Shown here in pieces: positions 55,946 to 64,000 of a stretch of 64,000 nt of DNA. Under the pieces are notes generated by a model. The model was not told the origin of the DNA. It saw only the letters and a program-made list of their open reading frames with translations, and ran no database searches. Location of the stretch: positions 9,114,001 through 9,178,000 of the forward strand of contig CM035351.1 of assembly GCA_020137815.1 (NCBI GenBank). The letters run 5' to 3'. Position numbers and translations under genes: made by a program. Positions within the stretch are counted from its first letter, which is position 1. Every line of letters begins with the position of its first letter. This stretch comes from Hormiphora californensis (lineage: Eukaryota > Animalia > Ctenophora).

Positions 55946-56280
55946 AGAGTCGATAACTACATCGACCGCTCCCAATTGTTCCAGTTTTTGTCACATCTGT
56001 TTGGAGCCTCGACACGACCTCTAAACAGGTGTTACTTTTTCAAAAACTGTTTTCATCTTGGTGTAATCAGCAGTTGAAATGTTGCTGATCATAACACAAA
56101 CCTGACTAAATTTTTTCAACTTGGGGTAAAACCATGGGTGTCAAAAGTTAGCTCTAGGTCCCCTGAGTAACCATCCGGAGACTCTAAGAGATATTTCAAG
56201 CCGTTCTCCCGTAATCATTAATCCCGGTGGAGAAAAAAATACAATGCGGACGTACGTGAGCGCTGGCAGGCTGTTTACAT
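55946..56280 (+). mobile_element. Dispersed repeat family A, copy 2
   Basis: Matches 37210-37547 end to end. Confidence 0.85.
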
Positions 56281-56299
56281 GTTATTTTTTATTGAGAAA

Positions 56300-57230
56300 A
56301 TTTAGAATGAGTAGATATATAAATAAATGGTTATAGAACACACACTACTCAATCTAGGGCAGCCAACACAGGGTTAACCCGCTCTTACAGGCTGCCCCAA
56401 CGTCAGTTTAAAGTCCTTGTTAGAAAAATAAAACAGTCACTTTGCATCTAATCCCTCCCAGTCACTGCATGCGGCTGCTGCTCAATATTCAATATCAGTA
56501 GGAGGAGTGCGGAGGAGAGTGCTGGAGACGGACCGCAGGAGACACCCTGTAGGATTTGGTCAAGTGCCCCTCAGAGAGGGGGGGGGGGGTCACCGAGTGC
56601 TGTCAAAGTTACGTTGGTAGGGGGTTAAAGAGAAGAAACGTCTTAATTGCTAGAAAAGCTAAGATAATGTGACACTGGCGTATGTGGTATGGAATTAAGT
56701 TCCAAAGTATATGGGATCTATAGAAATAGCTATTGCGAAGTACACTAGAGGGAAATCTTATCGAACAAATAATGTAGGTAACGTCATTTAGTTAGTAATA
56801 TCATAATTGCTACGTGTCAAACGGTTAAAGTCACTAGGTTTAGCGATAGAGAGATAGGGGGGTAGCTCAAGATAAACTAGACCATGGATAATTCTGTAGA
56901 AAAGTTTCATATCATTAATCTTAAAGAAAACATCAAGGGTACAAGTCCAATATTAGCAAGTTGTGAATGATAATAATTTGAGCTCCACCTAACTAAATAA
57001 CTAATGTTAAAGATCCATTTCACACAGCGCTTCTGAGCAGCCTCTAGCTGTGTTTTATCAAACCAATAGTTGGGGTGCCCAGATATGGCACAGTGAACTA
57101 GCATTGATCTCCACCATAGTAAGATAAAGAGTACGCTTCTGGTTGATATTACTGAGATAGTAATAGGTTCTTCTAAGTAAGTTAAAACGATCAATAAATT
57201 GCTGAAGTACATATTCAAAGTGAGTAGTAG
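56300..57230 (-). pseudogene. Degenerate 3' fragment of a non-LTR retrotransposon ORF2
   Basis: RSML.HC..HP..KTQLEAAQKRCVKWIF..YHSQLANIGLVPL resembles the post-RT C-terminal region (LE.VQRRA.K..Y..RL..L.L.PL) of CR1/L2/Jockey-type LINEs; frameshifted. Confidence 0.65.
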
Positions 57231-57901
57231 ATAAAATGGTACTTTGTCGTCACCTAAAAACGTGGCACAAATTTTTTCATTTTGTATGAGCATGTCATGT
57301 GACTATTGATAACCAAAATTGTGTGGCGCTGACAAGAGCTGTTTGCTAGAATATCACCTGCGCCGACAAGGGCATTGGAACATGTTTGGCGCTGGCAAGG
57401 GTCCACATTCGCGATTGTGATTTCTGTATGTTAGTGATGTCACCCCTATCACATAACATGCACCAGGTGTTCTGATATACTCCAGTGAATTTACTAGAAA
57501 GGAACAGAACAGCGGGTAACAGAATAGAACAGAAATTAAAAAAGTGCACGACTCAAATAACACATTATAAATTACCAACACATAGAAAAAGACAAATGCA
57601 AAGTTACACACGTGCCAGGTGTATTGATAAAGTGTAGATGAAGCTGAAGATTATTTTGGAATGTTCCAACCTTGTTTGTATGTTTTTGTACAAAATTAAA
57701 CAGCATTTTCTCAAATTTTAAAGCAATAAACACATAAACACTAAATATTCAATCAACAGAATATAACACGACGGAAAAAGTTACAATAATTTTGCATAAA
57801 CAATAATCTGTTAATATTTGGTCAAGAAACTGTACAGACTGTGTGCATGAAGCCTGACCACAGTATTAGTCACATGCATGAAGCCTGACTGTGAACTGTA
57901 C

Positions 57902-60900
57902 TTATCTAAGCTTGTAATGACCATAGCTTAACGTGTTTACACCGTCATCTAAGATAAATTTCTTGTCATCGAAAGCTGATAACGCCCTTTTACAAATATC
58001 TACACTGTACAAATTGTTCTTTAAAGTTCTTATGGCTCTACTTCTTGCTGTTGTTACCCCTTTCTCGAATAAAGTTCGCTTGTAGTCCTTGTGAGTAATC
58101 TGTCTTTTTGCAGTGCTAGATACTCCCTTAGCTCGAGCAGAGTGTCCGATCTCGCACTCGGGGTCGCAAACATGGAAAGGACTTTCGGCTTTCTTGGAAC
58201 ATACAAGCTTCTTTGTAGAAATCGAGTACATTTTGGGTTTGAGGGAAACGACCTCTCTGATAATTTCGGTCGGCATCTCATCCGAGAATTTCCCTGGTAC
58301 CTTTTTGTTCTCTGCATGTCTGAACTGTCCCAATACTGTCGCACGATCATATCCGTGGAGATCCATCAACTCTTTCATCTGATAGAGGTCTTTGTAACCG
58401 TCCTCTGTGTGGACAGCATACACAAAGGAATCTGTGTCGCTGAGCATGAGTTTGATATTGTCACCGTATTTGGGTTTGAGGACCTCATACCAGAACTGGT
58501 ACATGATGTTTTTAGCATTCTCTAAAACCATAAACCCACATGTTATTGGTTTGTTGAGAACTATCTTTGCCTTGGAGCATTGGACAAGCATGATATCATC
58601 GTCGAGACGATGTGCTCCCATGTACTGTGGTTTAGAAGTGAGTTTGAGAGCTGCTTTCTCGTCAGTTACCACTTTAACGTCCGTTCGCTTTCGCACTGAC
58701 TCAATAAACTTCCCATAGACTGAGTTGTTACAAAGTTTCCAAAAGTCTTTTGAGAAGTCATCGGATGCCTCTGCTGTCGCTTTTCCGAGTTGAAAGATAT
58801 ATACTTGGTCATAAAATCTTCTTGGTCGGCTACCAACACGCGATGAATCTTTTTTAGGACAAGCCCATGCCGAAGGAACAGCTGCAAATTTTTTGAGGGA
58901 GCAAATATATCGAGTCTTATCGTTTAGATCTGGAACCAGTTTTCTGGAAGGTGAAAACACCTCGCCATGTTGCTCAAGGAACTGTCTGTTGTAGTCAGAC
59001 AGTTGTGCTTCTTGGATTAGCTTTCCCTCCACAGCAAGAGGAAAGTCCGTATGATAGTCGTGGAGAACTTCTGGATACTCCAAATCCACCTCCAAAAATG
59101 TAGCAGGAGTGCATATCCGGATTGGTAGAGACAACATCAAACTCTTCAATCTCCACAGGGTCCAACCATCTAAAATTTTTTGTGGGCATGTTGTTCATCA
59201 TGCTAGCGCCATACAAATTGTTAGCGTCCACGTAATGAATGAATGAGGAAGGCTCTTCCGGGTTATAATCATCTAGATACTTGTTGTTGGCTTTGAAGTA
59301 CCGATGGTTAACTGGTGTGACCCCTCCTCTTAGCCCCTCCTCTACAAACGTATACATGTCAATATCGGTTAGGACCTCCAATTTCACTCCTGTCATACGT
59401 AGCATCGCATCCCAAGCAAATGCAGGTAAACTAACGTAATGACACGGATCCAGTTTGTGAGATGTTAGACAAAGCTCCCTAAAGTTTTCAAAGATGTCAC
59501 ATAGCTGCAAAGTGTCTGTGAGAACATACAGCTGCATGTAGTCAAGCAATGTTTTACAGTCCGTCTCCTTGAAAACTGTCTGAGCTCTAGCATAATCCTT
59601 GTCACTAATATGTGACTCAGTTAGATAGCTGTAGAAGCAAGTCTTGGGCGGAAGTTCCTTTTCCTCAAAAATATCGAAAGATGATGCATAATCGTAGAAA
59701 AATACACCTTTGTCAGCTAACAAGTCAACGTGTTTGGGAAACTGTTGCTTTAGACGGGAAAACTTGTCAATGCCGGATGATTTTAGGTTTGTTGCAAGTT
59801 TGTCCAGTGATGTGGAAAGAAAGGCAAAGCTGTCAAGAAAGGTAAACTTTTTCAGTGTATACCGCCTTTATTTTTTCCAAGTTTTCTGGAATCAGGCTAA
59901 TAGTGGACCGACCTCCTTTTTCTAAGTCCACTACTATCTCATCATCACAGCATTTTATAAGATCCCGAATAAATAGATTGAGATCATAGCCTTTCATGTT
60001 GTGGGCAAATGCTGGTATTCTTTTGGATCGATTGAAATAGTTCCTGTTACAAGCATTACATGCAGCACCACGATAGTTATGTCTAATTTTGGTGTGATCA
60101 TGATCTCGGACAGGATAGTTGGTGTCCGAACCCCAACACAAGTCCTTCCCACAGATATGACATGTTTTTGATGCCTTGAAAGCCTTTTTGTCCGCTGCAG
60201 TCATGTGTAGTGGATGTTGGTTCTTTTCATAACACTTCATCATCTTGTCATGGATCGTACACATTTCGGAAATAAACGTTTTTGTCACAACTTCTGGGTC
60301 TTTGTGACTGAATACCACTGGATCTTGTTTAAACTCAGCGAACTTAGAGACAGCAACAATTGAAAAGGCACACGGGACATGTTTCTGTACTTTGGTGGTT
60401 GAAGAGCCACTAGGAGCACATGTGCTGTATGGGACAGTAAGACACTCGAAGTCATAATAAATGCGAAACAGTTTCTCGTCCTGTTTGTGCTTGGCATCGA
60501 ACTCAATGAATCCTGGCTTGGGCATTACTGTGATCTGATTGATACCTTGAACGCACCGTACGGAATGTTCCTCTTGCTTGTTCTTACTGACAAACCCATG
60601 GAGACACTTTCTGCAGTAAAACATCTTGTTGTGGTGCTTTGTCCGATGCCGCATGAATTTGGTTAAAGTTTTTGATGAGGATGTAGTGAGAGGTATGATC
60701 GTCTTCGATATAAAGAAGATCAATTTGGTCACCGACGCCAGATCCATGTTTTAATGGAATGACGTAGTCATCCTCTCTTTTATCGTAGTCAGCTTGACAC
60801 CACTGGAACACCGCAATGGATACATTGTTGAGCTGTTCAATCCTTGGGATGTCTTTCAACTTGATCGGGAAACTGATTCCATCCATGTTGACTGTACGAG

Positions 60901-61738
60901 GGTTCCCATCTTTGTCAATATGGGGCTTCCCATTCATATACTTGGTATACTGGTTACATCGCCCCGGATTTTTCGTAGTAGAGGGGAACAAGTGTGCTAG
61001 CAAACAATACAGAAAGCATTTGTTGTCGTTTGACTTGATGTTGAGCACGGAAGTCATATCTTTTAGTGTTTTTGGAAGTTTGACGTTGCCAGAACCAGCC
61101 AAAGGTGAGTATTTTGCAATTTCCAAATGGGAACACTGAAAACCGTCAAATATCCATCCGCTTCCGAACCTTTCATACACCTCAATACTGTGTCGCAAAA
61201 TGATAGTAGCTCGCTTTAGGAACTCTTCAATGCTGTCGCCGGCTACGATTGGCTCACAGTGAGAACGAAACACCTTTTCAGACTCTCTTCTCTCACCTTC
61301 AGCTTGCTTGTAAAATGAGAGAGATAGCAACAGTTGTGCCTTTATGGGATGCTTTGAGACTGCAGTCTCGATTGTTGGTTTTGCAGCGTTACAGATGTCC
61401 CCTATAATGTCATCGTAATCATTACTGTTGTCTGCTTGTAGTTCGAAGGATTTGAAGAAGCCGGAAACAGAAGTGCAATGTGGAAGTGTCGCTGAGTCCA
61501 TATGCTCATGTATACCCGTGACTCTATCGCATACACTTTCATCGACTTTATCTTGGCAAAGTGTCTCATGGTGTGTCAACCGGTCCTCTCGAATTTGTTT
61601 CTTACAGAAACGACATTCTTTAGATGGATTATGAGTCGCCATATGACGATTCAAAGTGTCAGATCGCACTGATTTTCCACATTTCGAGCACAAAACCATC
61701 TTGTTTCGGTTATTGGAGTAGGGGCGAACACGATGCAT
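57902..61738 (-). mobile_element. Polinton/Maverick-type family B DNA polymerase with N-terminal C2H2 fingers and endonuclease VII domain (split by ~5 frameshifts)
   Basis: CSKC..H..H and CRFC..H..C fingers; ExoI YYDFEC; EndoVII CHICGK..VRDHDH..YRGAACNACN; ExoII AHNMKGYDL; FLDS..SLDKL; KGVFFYDY; ExoIII Y...D; PolA YVDANNLYG; PolB KLCNNSVYGK; PolC SDTDS; KMY and KGV motifs; intronless. Confidence 0.92.
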
Positions 61739-62674
61739 TGTTCAGCTTGAAAGAGAGACAGATCTTGACGCACACGCTAGATTACAAGTTGAGAAATAAC
61801 CAGGCTTTTTTAATCCGTTTATCTTTATAGTAAATAACTCGTTTTCACCCCGTTATCGACGTGTCTTTTTACCACTGAAAAAGATAAATTCAATATCATA
61901 CAGAGCTTCGAGAAAAACAAACTAAAAATGATATACTGAGGATGCTTACCAAGAGAGCAATTTTTCGTGGCACACGCAAGAATGCAAATCGGGAAATGAA
62001 GACTTGAAGAAACGACTGTATATTTATTCGTTTTCTGTAGTTCTACCTCTCTTATCGACGTGTCTTTACACACTGTAAACAATAAACGATATGTAAGTCA
62101 ACAGTTAAACTGATGTAGAATGAAGACAGCTTGAATACAAACACTATTGACGCTTAACTGACTGACTGATGCTTAACTGACTAGTTGAGATGGAGAGAAT
62201 TCTCTCCTAATGATAACTTTTCTTGGGAACAAATTTACACACAACCCACCTGTGGCACGCGACTTTGGTTAGGATCGACTAAAATACCACGGGTTTGTGT
62301 GCAAATCGATAACATGACTACTAGCACAGAGATACAAACCAGAGTGACCCGATTCAATGAAATATTAATACAAGTGTGAGTCATATTTGTGATCATTTAA
62401 CGAGACTCGCCAACAATTATTTATTTTGTATTTGGCATATGCCTTAGCGGACTTATAATAGCTGTTTTAGAGCTAATTGCCGAACCACAATCATGTCATA
62501 ATATATTAATTGTTGACACCAAACTTACCCTTTATATTCGAAAAGTCCAAGTGTGCTGATATTTCACTGTACCCTCCTTTTATTTGGTAGCACACTACAC
62601 TGCATGTTTGTCATGCTTCCCTATATGGAATAATGAGAATGAATGAAAATATGAAATAATATACCTTTCACTCT

Positions 62675-63440
62675 TAACGGGTGACAACTAAAATTCTGGA
62701 ATTTTTTCTGTGAGCTCTAGCACCAAAACCGTTTGAGATACCTCTTGGAGACAGTGATAGAACGATTTTTCAGACAATTTTGAATCAGAATAACACTACG
62801 GCAGAGACGAAAAAGTTCATTTTCATTACGCTATTGTAGCATTCCTTTTGCAAGGCCGAAGTATGTCGTACGGATATTTAAAATTTCTTTGTGATCAGAA
62901 ACAACCTTCCCGATGAGATATAGTTCTCAAAATTTTAAGTTTGGTTGTTCACACCATCACCAACATAACTGCCAAGTTTGATTATTTTAGCTTGCTGGGA
63001 AGTTAATTTTCTACAGTCATTTATGTTTCAAAAGATTGAAAAAATGGCAATTTGTTAAATTACCTGCAAACTACGCTTTAGAGGGTTTGTTACAGAAGAT
63101 TTTGATCAGGTAATTGAGATTAATGAAGTTTGAAACCAAGTTAAGTTCGTTCAAATTGTCTGAAAAATCATTCTATCGCTATCCCGAAGCTGTATCTCTA
63201 ACAGAACTCGGATACTCCTAAAAAACGAGTCTAATCACAACGTGAATACATGAATTGGTGGGACAATAGGAAATGATGCGATATCGCAATGAAAATGAAC
63301 TTTTTCGTCTCTACCGTAATGTTGTTCTGATTCAAAATTGTCTGAAAAATCGTTCTATCACTGTCTCCAAGCGGTATCTCAAACGGTTTTGACGCTAGGC
63401 CCCACAGAAAAAATTCCAGAATTTTAGTTGTCACCCGTTA
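62675..63440. mobile_element. MITE with ~150-bp imperfect TIRs, TA ends
   Basis: TAACGGGTGACAACTAAAATTCTGGAATTTTT...AAAAATTCCAGAATTTTAGTTGTCACCCGTTA. Confidence 0.85.
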
Positions 63441-63470
63441 TTAATTAAGAGTCTTAATGAAAGTAAGGTA

Positions 63471-63642
63471 CAGTCGGACCCCGATTTAGGGGCCCCCGAT
63501 TTAGTGGCACCCCGATTTAGGGACAGGATTTTTTCCCCCCGATATATGAAATTAACCTTATTTGACCCCGATTTAGTGGACACCCCGATTTAGTGGACAA
63601 GAGCCTTTCCCCCGAGGGTGTCCCTAAATCGGGGTCCGACTA
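63471..63642. mobile_element. Short family-C MITE (internal deletion derivative)
   Basis: TA|CAGTCGGACCCCGATTTAGG...CCTAAATCGGGGTCCGACTA. Confidence 0.88.
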
Positions 63643-64000
63643 TCTAGATACATGTTAAATTGATGTTGTAAACATGTCTCCCTGTAACTCTCTTTCCTAT
63701 AACATTACACCTAATTTTTTAATATGATTGTAAACTCGACCCGACTTGGGATTTGAATTTGCGACCGCGACTCTAGTATCATATGTGCTATAGAGTGGAC
63801 TAGGACATCACGATTAAGCCACTCTTTTAGTTGAAAATATATTGTTTTTATGTACAGAGACAAAAGGTATAGCACACACCTGACCCACCCTTCTTACACA
63901 TATAATCGAGGGAACATGAGTAGAACTATTTACAAATCGTGTCAAACCGTATAATCGACATAATTGTAAAGCATTGAGTGTTGAAATGAAATTTTATGTT

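Noticed and set aside
56549-56580. GGATTTGGT (GFG) as the last HPD exon
   Set aside because: Continues QVPLRE rather than xGNF, and has no phase-0 acceptor.

Overview
Eukaryotic (animal) genomic DNA with short spliceosomal introns, from an error-prone assembly. About 16 kb (8.7-24.4 kb) is corrupted pyrimidine-rich sequence, followed by a 100-N gap, and several other blocks show inflated homopolymers. All giant ORFs in the ORF track are artefacts. Reading exons by hand gives: (1) a semaphorin (sema domain, PSI domain, Thr/Pro stalk, up to three candidate hydrophobic C-terminal exons) on + at ~4.4-29.3 kb; (2) two tandem alpha-tubulins sharing a GC-AG intron and near-identical (probable gene-conversion) tracts, the second with a 20-aa N-terminal leader and no K40; (3) a six-exon, 194-aa Bcl-2-family gene on the minus strand, missed by the ORF track, with BH1 NWGR replaced by TAGH and no C-terminal membrane anchor; (4) a C2orf68/UPF0561 homologue just upstream of it; (5) an intronless HIBADH; (6) HPD, whose last exon is not in the window. 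The HPD terminal intron holds a LINE remnant and a probably intact Polinton/Maverick-type DNA polymerase B (zinc fingers + endonuclease VII + PolB) with no visible partner genes. Many MITEs and foldback elements are present, including a four-level nest. Splice acceptors 1-2 nt before three start codons suggest SL trans-splicing. A non-bilaterian host such as a ctenophore is a weak inference, not shown by the sequence.
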